64,000 bases of DNA from an uncultured Kiritimatiellota bacterium (GTDB lineage: Bacteria > Verrucomicrobiota > Kiritimatiellia > RFP12 > UBA1067): NCBI GenBank assembly GCA_934635225.1, contig CAKTYZ010000017.1:357-64356 (forward strand), given 5' to 3'. The position numbers were made by a program, and so were the translations under genes. Below the pieces are notes generated by a model that worked only from the letters and a program-made list of their open reading frames with translations, had not been told where the DNA came from and did not search any database. Of this stretch, positions 9,666 through 20,659 are shown in pieces. Numbering within the stretch: position 1 is the stretch's first letter; each line of letters begins with the position of its first letter.

Positions 9666-12215
9666 ATGAGCGAAGAAGAGACGAAGACGGCGGCGCCGGT
9701 CGGTGGCGTTCTTGAGGATGTCAACATTGAAGAGGAGATGTCGAGAGACTACATCGACTACTCCATGAGCGTCATTGTCGGGCGTGCGCTGCCAGATGTG
9801 CGCGATGGGTTGAAGCCCGTCCATCGCCGCTGTCTCTTTGCCATGCACGAGCTCGGCAACTCCTGGAACACGAAGCACGTCAAGTCCGCCCGCGTCGTCG
9901 GCGAGGTGATCGGCAAGTACCATCCGCATGGCGATTCGTCCGTGTATGACGCAATCGTCCGCCTCGCGCAGGACTTCTCTTTGCGGCTGCCGCTCGTAGA
10001 CGGTCACGGCAACTTCGGCTCGATCGACGGCGATCCTCCGGCTGCGATGCGTTACACGGAAGTTCGCATGCAGAAGGTGACGAATGACTTGCTGGACGAT
10101 CTTGAGAAGGACACGGTGGACATGATGCCGAACTTCGACGAGACGCTTGAGGAGCCGACGGTCCTTCCCGCAAAGTTGCCGAACTTGCTCCTCAACGGCT
10201 CATCGGGCATTGCCGTTGGCATGGCGACGAACATCCCACCGCACAACCTTGGCGAGCTTTGTGACGGAATCGACCACTATGTGCAGCACCGTGAGGACTG
10301 CACGGTCGATGATCTCATGCAGTTCGTGAGGGGACCGGATTTCCCGACGGGGGCTGAGATCTGCGGCGTCAATGGCATCCGCGCGATGTATAAGCTCGGT
10401 CGCGGGCAGCTGACGGTGCGTGGCAAGGCGGAGGTCGTGACCGATGCGAAGACTGGGCGCGAGAAGATTGTCATCAGCGAGATTCCCTATGGCGTCAACA
10501 AGCGCGAGATGATCATGCGCATGGCCGCGCTCGTGAAGGAGAAGGTCATTGAGGGCATCAGCGACATCCGCGACATCTCGGGCGGGCATACAAGTGATGC
10601 GAAGGGTGCTCCGAAGGGGAGGAAGACGACGGAAGACGAAATCTGCATCGTCGTGGACCTTAAGCGCGATGCGGTTGGCGAGATTGTGCTGAACCACCTC
10701 TACAAGCACACGGATCTCCAGACGACGTTTGGTGCGATCATGCTGGCGATTGTTGGCGGTCGTCCGAAGATCCTGAACCTGAAGGACTATTTTAAGTGCT
10801 ATGTCGATCACCGCTTTGAGGTGATTACGCGACGGACCCGGTTCGACCTTCGCAAGGCTCAGGCGCGCAAGCACATTGTGGACGGCCTGCTTCTTGCGAT
10901 TGACAACCTTGACGAAGTCGTGCGGATCATCCGCGCGTCAAAGACGCGCGATGAGGCGAAGGGCTCGTTGCAGGCAAAGTTCGGGTTCTCAGACCTGCAG
11001 GTCAACGCGATTCTGGAGATGCGGCTCTACCAGCTCGTCGGCCTTGAGCGTGACAAGCTCACGGACGAGCTCGCGAAGCTTCTGACGGCGATTGCGGAGC
11101 TCGAGTCCATCCTCGCGGATCCCGAGAAGGTCTATGCGATCATTCGCGCGGACGTGGCGGACCTGAAACTTCGGTTTTGCTCCAAGGAGGATGCGAAGCG
11201 TCGCACGGAGATTGTGGCAGATGCCAACGAGGTCTCGATCAAGGACCTTATCCCCGACGAGCCGTGCGTAATTACGCTCTCGAACCGTGGCTACGTCAAG
11301 CGCGTGCCGCTCACGGAATACAAGGAGCAACGCCGTGGAGGCCATGGCGTCAGGGGGGCGCAGGTAAAGGAAGAGGACTTCATTCGTCTCGTCTTTGTCG
11401 CGGATACGCACGATGAGCTGATGTTCTTCACGAATACGGGGCGGCTTTTCGTGAAAGGGGCCTACGAGATCCCTGAAGCACCGCGTACGAGCTTTGGACG
11501 CCCGCTTATCAATCTCCTCAACCTCCAGTCAGGCGAGCAGGTCCTCCAGCTTCTGCCGATTCGCTCGTTCGAGGGTGATGTCGATGTCTTCTTTGCGACG
11601 CGCAATGGTACGGTCAAGAAGACGCTGCTTGGCGATTTCCAGAACGTCAACAAGTCGGGCATTCGCGCCGTCAACATCGAGGCGGGCGATGAACTCGTCG
11701 AGGTTCGCCTGGTCAAGCCGTCAGACGACGTCCTGATGCTGACGCAAAACGGGCGTGCGATGCGCTTTGCGGCGACAGATGTGCGCCGGATGGGCCGCAC
11801 GGCGACGGGCGTGCGCGGCATCCGTCTGCAGGAAGACGACCGCGTCGTCAGTTTTGACGTTGTCGATGACGCGAAGACGCTTTTCATCGCGACGGCGAAT
11901 GGCTATGGAAAGCGCTGCGAGTTCAAGGACTTCACGCGCCACAATCGTGGCGGGCAGGGGATGATTGGCATCAAGGGCGCGGATCGCAATGGCGCGGTCG
12001 TTGCGGCGCATGCCGTTTCCGATGACGAGAACGTTATCTCCATCACGAGCGACCAGCAGATGGTCCGAAGCCCGGTCGCGCAGTTCAATGTGCAGAGCCG
12101 TATGGCGCAGGGCGTGAAGCTCGTGCGGCTCTCCGAAGGCGCGACGCTTGTCTCGGTCTCGGTCTGCGAGGGCTCGGAAGAAGGCCTGTCCACAACGGAA
12201 GGAGGGGAAGCGTGA
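9666..12215 (+). CDS. gyrA: DNA gyrase subunit A
   Basis: The N-terminus [28 protein letters not shown] matches GyrA, and the C-terminus has beta-pinwheel repeats. Confidence 0.9.
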   Translation: MSEEETKTAAPVGGVLEDVNIEEEMSRDYIDYSMSVIVGRALPDVRDGLKPVHRRCLFAMHELGNSWNTKHVKSARVVGEVIGKYHPHGDSSVYDAIVRLAQDFSLRLPLVDGHGNFGSIDGDPPAAMRYTEVRMQKVTNDLLDDLEKDTVDMMPNFDETLEEPTVLPAKLPNLLLNGSSGIAVGMATNIPPHNLGELCDGIDHYVQHREDCTVDDLMQFVRGPDFPTGAEICGVNGIRAMYKLGRGQLTVRGKAEVVTDAKTGREKIVISEIPYGVNKREMIMRMAALVKEKVIEGISDIRDISGGHTSDAKGAPKGRKTTEDEICIVVDLKRDAVGEIVLNHLYKHTDLQTTFGAIMLAIVGGRPKILNLKDYFKCYVDHRFEVITRRTRFDLRKAQARKHIVDGLLLAIDNLDEVVRIIRASKTRDEAKGSLQAKFGFSDLQVNAILEMRLYQLVGLERDKLTDELAKLLTAIAELESILADPEKVYAIIRADVADLKLRFCSKEDAKRRTEIVADANEVSIKDLIPDEPCVITLSNRGYVKRVPLTEYKEQRRGGHGVRGAQVKEEDFIRLVFVADTHDELMFFTNTGRLFVKGAYEIPEAPRTSFGRPLINLLNLQSGEQVLQLLPIRSFEGDVDVFFATRNGTVKKTLLGDFQNVNKSGIRAVNIEAGDELVEVRLVKPSDDVLMLTQNGRAMRFAATDVRRMGRTATGVRGIRLQEDDRVVSFDVVDDAKTLFIATANGYGKRCEFKDFTRHNRGGQGMIGIKGADRNGAVVAAHAVSDDENVISITSDQQMVRSPVAQFNVQSRMAQGVKLVRLSEGATLVSVSVCEGSEEGLSTTEGGEA

Positions 12216-13678
12216 AGGTCGTCTCTTTGTTTGCAGCAGGGTTGCTCGCGGTCGATTGTCTTGCCGCGATCCGTGCGCTGACGCCCGACATGTACGGGGG
12301 AAAGGCGGACGCCTGGCAGGTGAAGCGCCATGACGAGAAGATGCACGCCGTCACGAATGGCGGCGCGAAGGTCATCTTTGTCGGAGACTCGATTACGCAT
12401 TTCTGGGAGACGAACGGCAAGGAGCAGTTGGCAAAGTACTTTGCACGAGGAGATCGGAAGATGCTCAACCTCGGCATCTCTGCCGATCGCACGGAACATG
12501 TGCTTTGGCGCTTAACCGAGGGGCGCGAGTTGGACGGCTATGAGGCGAAGTGCGTCTTGCTGATGATCGGCACGAACAATGCCGGGCATTTCCCGTTCGC
12601 GCAGGAGCCGCCGATTGACACGATTCTCGGCATTCGCGAGATTTTGAAGACGATTCGGGCCAAGCAGTCAAGGGCGACGATTGTCCTGACGGCGATTTTC
12701 CCGCGCGGACGTGATGCGACGGACGCGATTCGGCGTCGCAATGAGGTCGTCAACAAGGAGATCCGCAAGCTGGCGGATGGCGTGCAGGTTTTTTGGTGTG
12801 ACTTTAACGACCAGTTCTTGACGCCCGAAGGATTGTTGACGCCCGAACTCTTTCCCGATTTCTTGCATCCGAATGGCGCGGGTTACGAGATCTGGGCAGC
12901 CGCAGTCAAGCCGTATGTCGATTATGCGCTTTCGGAGGGAGGTCTCCCGTTGCCAGCGAACCGGTATTCTCCTTTTGTGCGCCGGGAGAATGTGCGCACG
13001 GACCAGCTTGAGGCGGTCTATCCGGTTTCGCGCATCCGTTCTGAAGGCTATGGTGCGCCGGATTGGTGGCTTGATCGGCTGATGACGAAGCGCAATGAGA
13101 TCGCGGCGTCAAATGGCGCATTTGACCTTGTCTTCTTCGGCGATTCCATCACGCACGGCTGGGAATCGGCGGGCCGGGCGGTTCTGGATGAACTGCGCCA
13201 GACCTATACGGTCCTTGACATCGGCTATTCGGGGGATCGTACCGAACACCTTCTTTGGCGTGGTCGTTTTGGCGAACTTGACGGCTACAAGGCGAAGTGC
13301 ATTATGCTGATGATTGGCACGAACAATACCTGGCATCGGCGGGATAAGCCCGAGGCGATTGCCTCTGGCATCAAAGAGATCTTGGCTCTTATCGCCGAGA
13401 AGCAGCCGCAAGCGAAGACATTGCTCTTGCCGATTTTCCCGTTTGGAGATAGCCCGGAGCATGCAAACCGAGTCAACAACGAAGCCGCGAATGCGATTGT
13501 CAGGGGATTTGCAGATGGTCAGAGAGTCATCTGGGTTGATTTCAACGCTAAGTTCCTCGATGCGAAGGGTGACAACGTGAAGTGGATGCCGGACCATTGT
13601 CATCCCAATGCGGCGGGGTATCGTGAAATCTGGATGCCATCCGTTCTGCCCTATTTCAAGGAGATCTGCGGCAAATAA
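12212..13678 (+). CDS. Secreted hydrolase with tandem SGNH/GDSL domains (two esterase modules)
   Basis: A signal peptide is followed by two copies of the GDSITH(F/G)WE...LMIGTNN...HPN pattern. The start codon overlaps the gyrA stop codon. Confidence 0.7.
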   Translation: MKVVSLFAAGLLAVDCLAAIRALTPDMYGGKADAWQVKRHDEKMHAVTNGGAKVIFVGDSITHFWETNGKEQLAKYFARGDRKMLNLGISADRTEHVLWRLTEGRELDGYEAKCVLLMIGTNNAGHFPFAQEPPIDTILGIREILKTIRAKQSRATIVLTAIFPRGRDATDAIRRRNEVVNKEIRKLADGVQVFWCDFNDQFLTPEGLLTPELFPDFLHPNGAGYEIWAAAVKPYVDYALSEGGLPLPANRYSPFVRRENVRTDQLEAVYPVSRIRSEGYGAPDWWLDRLMTKRNEIAASNGAFDLVFFGDSITHGWESAGRAVLDELRQTYTVLDIGYSGDRTEHLLWRGRFGELDGYKAKCIMLMIGTNNTWHRRDKPEAIASGIKEILALIAEKQPQAKTLLLPIFPFGDSPEHANRVNNEAANAIVRGFADGQRVIWVDFNAKFLDAKGDNVKWMPDHCHPNAAGYREIWMPSVLPYFKEICGK

Positions 13679-13773
13679 GCATTTGGAGAGATTTTTGTCA
13701 GAAGGCGGGAGCGAAACTTCCTAACTTCTCGAAGGGCGTCTGACGTCTAACGAAAAAAGAAAGGAAGAGGAAA

Positions 13774-14283
13774 ATGAACAAGAAAAACATGAAACGAACG
13801 GTTGCCGTCGCGTGCGCGACGATTCTGTGCGCAGGTGCCTGTTTGGCCCATCCGGGCGGACATGGCCCGGGAGGTCCCGGAAGGCCGGGTTGGCATCGTC
13901 CGTCGCCTCCGAGCCGATGCGCACGCTATCGCCATCATGCGCCCTATCGCCATCATGGCGGTGCGTGGGGACGTGGCGGTCGGAACTTCTGGCCAGGATT
14001 TGTCGGGGGCGTCATCGGGGGAGCCGTTGCGCGGACGATTGTTGAGCCGGCGCCCGTGTTTGTGACAACGCCGACGGTGGTCACGACCCCGACGGTCGTG
14101 ACACGGCCTGTGGTCGTTCAACAACCCGTCATCCAGCAGACGGCCGTTGTGGCCTCGCCTGTCACGCAAGTCCAGAATGTCTGGGTTGAAGGGTGTTACG
14201 TTGATCAAGTGCAGGCAAATGGTGCCGTGATTCGCGTCTGGCAACCAGGGCATTATGAACAGCGCACTGTTGTCGTCCAATAA
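13774..14283 (+). CDS. Secreted low-complexity protein rich in His, Gly and Pro
   Basis: A signal peptide is followed by an HPGGHGPGGPGRPGWHRP...RHHAPYRHHGG block, then a Val/Thr/Pro-rich segment, then a C-terminal GCYVDQ...VIRVWQPGHYE module. Confidence 0.4.
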   Translation: MNKKNMKRTVAVACATILCAGACLAHPGGHGPGGPGRPGWHRPSPPSRCARYRHHAPYRHHGGAWGRGGRNFWPGFVGGVIGGAVARTIVEPAPVFVTTPTVVTTPTVVTRPVVVQQPVIQQTAVVASPVTQVQNVWVEGCYVDQVQANGAVIRVWQPGHYEQRTVVVQ

Positions 14284-14297
14284 ATAGGATATTTGAC

Positions 14298-15020
14298 ATG
14301 AAAGCGGAAAGCTTGAAATCTGTCCCCGGCGCGGCTCTTGTGTGGGGCCTCGCCATCTTCTCGGCGCAGGCCGAGAAGGTCGAACTCTTCAATGGCAAGG
14401 ACCTCTCGGGCTGGACGTCGGTCGTGGACCATGACGTGACTGGCGGCTACACGGCAAAAGAGCCGACGTGGTTCGTCAAGGACGGCATGATTCTGACGAC
14501 GGGCACGCCGTTTGGCTATTTGCGTACCAAACGCGACGATTTCGGGGATTTCCGCCTGCATGTCGAATATCGATGGTGGCGTGAGACGGAAAAGCCGAAT
14601 TCCGGCGTTTTTGTGCGGTTGGCTGCGGAGCGAGGGACCTTCATCCCGACTTGTCTCGAAAATCAGCTCTGCCGTGGGGCGATGGGCGACGTGCTTGGCC
14701 TTGCAGGACTGCGGTTTGCGGGCTTTGAGCCGCGTTCGCCCTACAATCCGGCGCAGCCGCTTTCGGGCATTACCAAGGCTCCGCGACAGGGGGTGGACGT
14801 GGAGAGGCCTTTTGGCGAATGGAATGTCCTTGAGGTTGAGTTGAAGGGCGACGTGCTGGTCAATCGCATTAACGGTGTCGAACTGAATCGGCTGCAGGGG
14901 ATTTCCGTTTCCAAGGGCGCGATCGCGCTTCAGTCGGAAGGCGGGGCCGTTCAGTTTCGAAACGTCTGGGTCGAGGATTCGTCGGCGTCGGGTGGCGCAG
15001 CTGCGGCTCAACCGAAGTGA
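14298..15020 (+). CDS. DUF1080 / 3-keto-disaccharide-hydrolase-like secreted protein
   Basis: After a signal peptide, the motifs LFNGKDLSGW and GAIALQSEGGAVQFRNVWVE match the DUF1080 hallmark. Confidence 0.7.
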   Translation: MKAESLKSVPGAALVWGLAIFSAQAEKVELFNGKDLSGWTSVVDHDVTGGYTAKEPTWFVKDGMILTTGTPFGYLRTKRDDFGDFRLHVEYRWWRETEKPNSGVFVRLAAERGTFIPTCLENQLCRGAMGDVLGLAGLRFAGFEPRSPYNPAQPLSGITKAPRQGVDVERPFGEWNVLEVELKGDVLVNRINGVELNRLQGISVSKGAIALQSEGGAVQFRNVWVEDSSASGGAAAAQPK

Positions 15021-15024
15021 TGCG

Positions 15025-15675
15025 ATGCAACGACTTCAGTACGACACGCTGTTTTTTGATCTTGATGGCACGCTGACCAATCCAGCGCGTGGTATTGTGA
15101 ACGCCGTGACTCATGCGCTCGCGAAAAGGGGAATCGTGGTTGAAGACCGGGACTCCCTTTGTCGGTTTATCGGCCCGCCGTTAGTCGATTCGTTCGAGCG
15201 GTTCTACGGGTTTTCCCACGCCGAATCCCTTCGGGCGGTGGCGGACTATCGAGAATACTTCTCCGAGACCGGGCTTTACGAGAACGAGGTTCTTCCAGGC
15301 GCGGTTGAGTTGCTGTCTGCACTGGAGGCCAAAGGTCGAAAACTGGTCATCGCCTCGTCAAAACCGGAGCCGTTCGTGCATCGGATCCTTGACTGTTTTG
15401 ACTTGACGGCATTCTTTACGGCGATTCATGGCGCGACGATGGACGAGACGCGGAATCAGAAGGATCAGGTCATCGCATGGGCATTGACTCACTCGGGAGA
15501 GATTGGCGCGGCGGTCATGGTTGGCGACCGTTGTCATGACATCGTAGGCGCGCGTGCAAATGGGTTGGATTCTATCGGCGTTCTGTGCGGATTTGGTTCG
15601 GAAGCCGAGCTTCGTGACGCGGGTGCGACTTATGTCGTAAAAGATTTGCAGGCGCTGAAGACGCTTTTGGGATGA
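15025..15675 (+). CDS. HAD-superfamily phosphatase (resembles phosphoglycolate phosphatase)
   Basis: The DxDGT motif appears as LFFDLDGTL, together with a later GD..HD motif. Confidence 0.7.
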   Translation: MQRLQYDTLFFDLDGTLTNPARGIVNAVTHALAKRGIVVEDRDSLCRFIGPPLVDSFERFYGFSHAESLRAVADYREYFSETGLYENEVLPGAVELLSALEAKGRKLVIASSKPEPFVHRILDCFDLTAFFTAIHGATMDETRNQKDQVIAWALTHSGEIGAAVMVGDRCHDIVGARANGLDSIGVLCGFGSEAELRDAGATYVVKDLQALKTLLG

Positions 15676-15719
15676 ACTTTGCGCGGACTTCGACGTTTTT
15701 GGTATAATGCGAGACAGTT

Positions 15720-17711
15720 ATGGGAATCGACTACAAAAAAGAGTTCTTTGACCGCGACTACACGGCGCGCGAGGCGTATGGACGTGCTTGGAAATACGCG
15801 CGAAAGTATAAGTTCCGGATTACGATCGGCATAATCTGCGGCATGCTGACGGCTGGTACGCTTGTGCCGATTTTCACGATTGTTCAGCCGGCTCTTGAGA
15901 AGGTGAGCCGGACGGAGCGGCTGGAAGCATTGAAGGCGGAGCTTTCCGAATTGGGGAAAGAAGGACAAGAGATAAGGGAGGAAGGGGGATCCCCGGACGA
16001 GGTGTCCGCTCTGGGAAGGTCCAAGATGATGCGTGAGATGAAACGCGCGTCGCAGATGCCAAGCTGGTATCCCAAAGCGAAGGCACTTGCCGACAAGCTG
16101 GGCATTCCGCTTGAACAGGAGGATGGCGCGATGGGTGGTGCCCTTGTCCTGATGGCGGTAATTGGCATTCCTCTTGTCGCGCTTTTGCGGTTGGGTCTCA
16201 TCTTCCTCAATCAGTATTGCCTGACATGGTCCGCCTCGCGTGTGGTGATGGACCTTCGTCAGGATCTTCTGCGCAAGATTCAGGAGCAGTCGATCCAATT
16301 CCACGGCCGGATTGACGTTGGTCAGCTGATGACGCGTGCAACGGGCGATCCGCAGGTCATGCAGTCGATCATCCAGACGATGCTGGCCGAGCTTTGCCGT
16401 GCGCCGTTTGAGATATTCGTCGCCGTTTCCTTCATCATCTGGTTCGCGATCGCAAACAACATGCTCGCAACGCTGGGCATCATCGCGCTTGCGATGCCGG
16501 CGTTCATGTTGCCCGTTTGTGGGCTCGGAAAGACGATTCGGAAGTGGTCTCGTCGGACGTTGGAGAAGAGCTCTGTCGTCGGTTCGCGCATCCATGAGAT
16601 TCTGACTTGTATCCGCGTTGTCAAGGCATATGACACTGAGTCGTATGAAAACGAGAAGTATGCGCAGGTCAACCGCAAACTGTTTGGGACGAATATGCGC
16701 GCCGTTCGTTGGGGGCTTGTCGTGAGCCCGACGATTGAGACGATTGGCATTATCCTTATTTGTGCTTTCCTTGTCTGGTGCTTCGCCACTCATGTCACGC
16801 TTGCGAATGTCATTCCGATGCTTGCGCCGCTTCTTCTGATTTACAAGCCAATCAAGCAGATGGCGTCCTTGCAGGTCTCTATTGAGACGGCGCAGGCTTC
16901 GCTTCAGCGAATCTGGTCGCTGATGGATGTGGATATGCGCCTTCCCGAGAAGGCGGACGCGGCGGCAAAAGCGTCCTTTGACGACAGGATCGTTTTCGAT
17001 GACGTCTCGTTTCGCTATGATACGGCCGATCATGACGCCGTGTCCCATGCGTCGTTCGAGATTCTGCGAGGCAAGATGGTTGCCGTCGTGGGCGGAACCG
17101 GGAGCGGAAAGACGACGATGTCGGGCCTCTTGGCGCGCTTCTTCGATCCGCAATCGGGCCGGATTATGATGGACGGCGTGGATTTGCGCGATCTGCGCAT
17201 TTGCGATCTGCGTAGGCTCATAGGTTCTGTCCAGCAGGAGACGATACTCTTCAATGACACAATTGAGGAGAACATCCGCTATGGAACGCATCAAGCGACG
17301 CATGACGAAATCGTGGCGGCGGCGAAGATGGCGAATGCCCATGAGTTCATCATGAGCCAGCCTGAGGGATATGCGCGGATTTGCGGAGAAAAGGGCTTTG
17401 CGCTTTCAGGCGGCGAACGCCAGCGCATTGCGATTGCGCGCGCGATTTTGCGCAATCCGCCAATTCTCATCCTGGACGAGGCGACGAGCGCGCTTGACAC
17501 CGTGACGGAAAAACTCGTACAGGATGCTCTCAACAACTTGATGAAGAATCGCACGGTCTTTGCGATTGCGCATCGGCTCTCGACGATTCGCAATGCAGAT
17601 CTCATCCTTGTCATGGAACACGGGAAGATCGTTGAGCGCGGCACTCATGATGAGCTGCTGTCCGAGGATGGCGTCTATCGTAGGCTCTGCGAAATGCAGC
17701 GGACGAATTGA
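15720..17711 (+). CDS. ABC exporter with fused permease and ATPase (MsbA-like), with an insert of about 80 aa between TM1 and TM2
   Basis: Six transmembrane helices are followed by a Walker A motif (GGTGSGKTT), an LSGGERQR signature and a Walker B motif (ILILDEATSALD). Confidence 0.85.
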   Translation: MGIDYKKEFFDRDYTAREAYGRAWKYARKYKFRITIGIICGMLTAGTLVPIFTIVQPALEKVSRTERLEALKAELSELGKEGQEIREEGGSPDEVSALGRSKMMREMKRASQMPSWYPKAKALADKLGIPLEQEDGAMGGALVLMAVIGIPLVALLRLGLIFLNQYCLTWSASRVVMDLRQDLLRKIQEQSIQFHGRIDVGQLMTRATGDPQVMQSIIQTMLAELCRAPFEIFVAVSFIIWFAIANNMLATLGIIALAMPAFMLPVCGLGKTIRKWSRRTLEKSSVVGSRIHEILTCIRVVKAYDTESYENEKYAQVNRKLFGTNMRAVRWGLVVSPTIETIGIILICAFLVWCFATHVTLANVIPMLAPLLLIYKPIKQMASLQVSIETAQASLQRIWSLMDVDMRLPEKADAAAKASFDDRIVFDDVSFRYDTADHDAVSHASFEILRGKMVAVVGGTGSGKTTMSGLLARFFDPQSGRIMMDGVDLRDLRICDLRRLIGSVQQETILFNDTIEENIRYGTHQATHDEIVAAAKMANAHEFIMSQPEGYARICGEKGFALSGGERQRIAIARAILRNPPILILDEATSALDTVTEKLVQDALNNLMKNRTVFAIAHRLSTIRNADLILVMEHGKIVERGTHDELLSEDGVYRRLCEMQRTN

Positions 17712-17737
17712 AGCGGCGGTGGAAGGGATGATCTGAG

Positions 17738-19405
17738 ATGAAGACGATGCAGATTGCGCTTGCGACACTTGTTGCCGGCCTTTGCGTGGTCGGGACTCTC
17801 GCAGATTTGGCAGAGCTGGGCTTCAAGGAGACGACGCTTCCGTTGCTGCCGGAAGAGAAGTGGTGGGGCGGCGCAGGAGGCGACGGGCAGAATCAGCCTT
17901 ATGGTGCGACTTCATCGACGCGAATGATGGATTTGCGTGTTCACGGCAATACGTCCGCACCTCTGCTTGTCTCATCTCGTGGACGTTTTGTCTGGTGTGA
18001 AAGGCCGTTTGCCTATCAGTTCACGAATGGCGTGTTGCGTCTTCATGTGCGTGAGTCCGCTTCCCTTGAAGTCGAGAAGCCCGGCGAAACGCTTCGTGAA
18101 GCCTATCTGGCGCTTGCGGCACGGCACTTGCGTTTTGACGGGAAGCTTCCGCCGGAGATATTCTTCTCGAAACCGCAGTGGAACAACTGGATCGAGATCT
18201 TCCTCTGCGGCATGAATCAGAAGAGCGCGGACGACTATGCGCGTGAACTCGCCGAGAGCGGTTTCCCTTGTGGCGTCTACATGATGGACGGTGGATGGCC
18301 GACGCATCAGGGCGCCTACGAATTCTATGCGAAGGACTTTCCGGACCCCAAGGGAATGTTCGCGCGCATTCGGTCGCACGGTTGGATCCCCCTGATCTGG
18401 ACGGCGCATTTCGTTTCGCCGGACAGCCGCGAATACAAGTGCTTGCGGTATCACAAGAAGCTGAATGGGCTGGATTATTTGGCCTATCGTGCAAAGCCGG
18501 GCAGCAAGGAGGCCGGCGTTGTCCGCTGGTGGAGTGGAATCAGCGCGATTTACGATCTCACGAAGCCGGACGCGCGAGACTACTATGTCAAGACCCTTCG
18601 TGACTTTGCCGCCGCTTACGGAATTGCCGGATTCAAGTTTGATGCGGGTGATCCGAAGATGTTCGCGGAAGACATTCGCTTCTTCGACGAAGAGGCGGAA
18701 GGCGTTGACTATACGCGGCTCTATGCCGAACTCGCTGCGCAGGAGTTTCCCTATCATGAGATTCGCGTCAGCTGGAAGTGCGGCGGTCTTCCGCTGGTGA
18801 CGCGTCTGCCGGATCGCGCTCACTCGTGGGCGTCGCAGCGGACGATTATCCCGCAGATCATTGCAGCAGGGCTGCTCGGTTGCCCCTATTCGGTTGCGGA
18901 TATGGTCGGTGGTGGCATGGAGGTGTCCTTTGTGGGCGTTCCGCTTGATGAAAAGCTTGTCTTGCGTTCGGCTGCACTTCATGCGCTTATGCCGATGATG
19001 CAGTTCTCGTTGGCTCCATGGCGGCGCCTCTCTCCAGATGGCGTGAAGGTCTGTCGGCAGTTTGCGACGTTGCACGAGGCGTTCGCGCCGTATATTCTGG
19101 CTTGTGCGCGCGAAGCCTCCAGGACTGGTGCGCCGATCGTCCGTGCGATGGAATATGAATTCCCAAATGAGCGGTTTGTCCAGTCTCGGAGTCAGTTCAT
19201 GTTGGGGAAACGGTATCTGGTGGCGCCAGTCATGAATGCAGACGATTCGACTGTTGTGGAGTTGCCTCCCGGAACATGGACGGATGATTTGGGGACCAGT
19301 TATGAAGGACCGCAGACGCTCGAGCTCAGGGACGTTCCCATTTCACGTCTGCCGCGCTTCGAGCGGGCACCGGCCCCCTTGATTTGTGAGAATGAGGAGG
19401 ACTGA
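17738..19405 (+). CDS. Secreted glycoside hydrolase, clan GH-D-like (GH27/GH31/GH36-type TIM barrel)
   Basis: A signal peptide is followed by the motifs VYMMDGGW, GFKFDAGD and CPYSVADMVGGG, which resemble the alpha-galactosidase-type patterns DDGW, KxD and CxxGG. Confidence 0.45.
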   Translation: MKTMQIALATLVAGLCVVGTLADLAELGFKETTLPLLPEEKWWGGAGGDGQNQPYGATSSTRMMDLRVHGNTSAPLLVSSRGRFVWCERPFAYQFTNGVLRLHVRESASLEVEKPGETLREAYLALAARHLRFDGKLPPEIFFSKPQWNNWIEIFLCGMNQKSADDYARELAESGFPCGVYMMDGGWPTHQGAYEFYAKDFPDPKGMFARIRSHGWIPLIWTAHFVSPDSREYKCLRYHKKLNGLDYLAYRAKPGSKEAGVVRWWSGISAIYDLTKPDARDYYVKTLRDFAAAYGIAGFKFDAGDPKMFAEDIRFFDEEAEGVDYTRLYAELAAQEFPYHEIRVSWKCGGLPLVTRLPDRAHSWASQRTIIPQIIAAGLLGCPYSVADMVGGGMEVSFVGVPLDEKLVLRSAALHALMPMMQFSLAPWRRLSPDGVKVCRQFATLHEAFAPYILACAREASRTGAPIVRAMEYEFPNERFVQSRSQFMLGKRYLVAPVMNADDSTVVELPPGTWTDDLGTSYEGPQTLELRDVPISRLPRFERAPAPLICENEED

Positions 19406-19406
19406 G

Positions 19407-20627
19407 ATGAAAGACGTGGTGGATGTTCATGCCGTCGTTCGTGATCTCGCCGTGCGGGCAAGATCGGCTTCGGCCTTGCTTGTCAGAATGACAACGGCTG
19501 AGAAGAACGCGTTGCTCCAGAGGATCGCCGAGATGCTGGAGGCGCGGCATGATGTGATTGTCGCCGCGAATGAAAGAGACGTCGCTCAGGCGAGGGCGAA
19601 TGGATTGTCCGAGGCGATGGTGGACCGTCTAGAGTTGACCGAGGTGCGCTTCCGCGGAATGGTTGAGGGTGTCCAGACTGTCGCGCAGCTGGCGGACCCT
19701 GTCGGAGAGACGATTTGGGCGCGCAAACGACCGAGTGGCATCACGATTCGCAAGGTGCGTGTTCCGTTTGGCGTAATCGCCGTCGTTTTCGAGAGTCGCC
19801 CGAATGTTCTCGTTGATACGGCGGCGCTTTGCCTGAAGACGGGCAATGCCGTGGTCTTGCGCGGCGGCAAAGAGGCGATTGAGACAAATCGCGTGTTGGC
19901 GCAGACTGTCAAGGAAGGGTTGGGCGATTGGGCGGAAGCTGTGCAGTTCGTAGACATTCTCGATCATGCGGCCGTCAGGGAACTCGTGCGCGCCGTCGGT
20001 CTGGTCGATGTTGCGATTCCGCGTGGCGGTGAGCGACTCATCCGCGCAATGTGCGAGGCGGCTCTTGTCCCCGTATTGAAGCACTACAAGGGCGTTTGCC
20101 ATGTCTATGTGGACGACAAGGCTGATCTTGCGATGGCGCTTGCGATCCTCGACAATGCGAAAGTCCAGCGGCCGAGCGCCTGCAACGCGGCGGAGTGTCT
20201 GCTCGTTCACGAAAAGCTTGCGCCGATCTTCTTGCCGATGGTGCGGGCTTGGGCGAAAGATAGGGGCGTGACCTTGCATGATGGCGCGGACGTGGATTGG
20301 GAACGCGAGTTCTTGTCTTTGGAGATGAACGTCGGCACCGTTCGCGATTATCGCGCGGCAATTGACCACGTCAATCGCCATGCCTCGCATCACTCGGATT
20401 GCATTGTGACAAATGACGCCTCGCGTGCGCAGGAGTTCTTGCGCGATGTCGATTCGGCATGTGTCTATCACAATGTCTCGACGCGTTTCACGGATGGTGG
20501 GGAGTTTGGCATGGGCGCGGAGATTGGCATCTCGACGGACAAGCTTCACGCGCGCGGACCGATGGGGCTGGAGGAACTGACGACCTACAAGTATCTTGTC
20601 ACGGGCGACGGAGTCGTCAGAAGATAA
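19407..20627 (+). CDS. proA: Gamma-glutamyl phosphate reductase
   Basis: The segment NERDVAQARANGLSEAMVDRL lines up with ProA. A GGAGG Shine-Dalgarno sequence precedes the start. Confidence 0.85.
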   Translation: MKDVVDVHAVVRDLAVRARSASALLVRMTTAEKNALLQRIAEMLEARHDVIVAANERDVAQARANGLSEAMVDRLELTEVRFRGMVEGVQTVAQLADPVGETIWARKRPSGITIRKVRVPFGVIAVVFESRPNVLVDTAALCLKTGNAVVLRGGKEAIETNRVLAQTVKEGLGDWAEAVQFVDILDHAAVRELVRAVGLVDVAIPRGGERLIRAMCEAALVPVLKHYKGVCHVYVDDKADLAMALAILDNAKVQRPSACNAAECLLVHEKLAPIFLPMVRAWAKDRGVTLHDGADVDWEREFLSLEMNVGTVRDYRAAIDHVNRHASHHSDCIVTNDASRAQEFLRDVDSACVYHNVSTRFTDGGEFGMGAEIGISTDKLHARGPMGLEELTTYKYLVTGDGVVRR

Positions 20628-20659
20628 GGCGGAGAGCGCAAAGGGAGGGGAGGGAAGAA

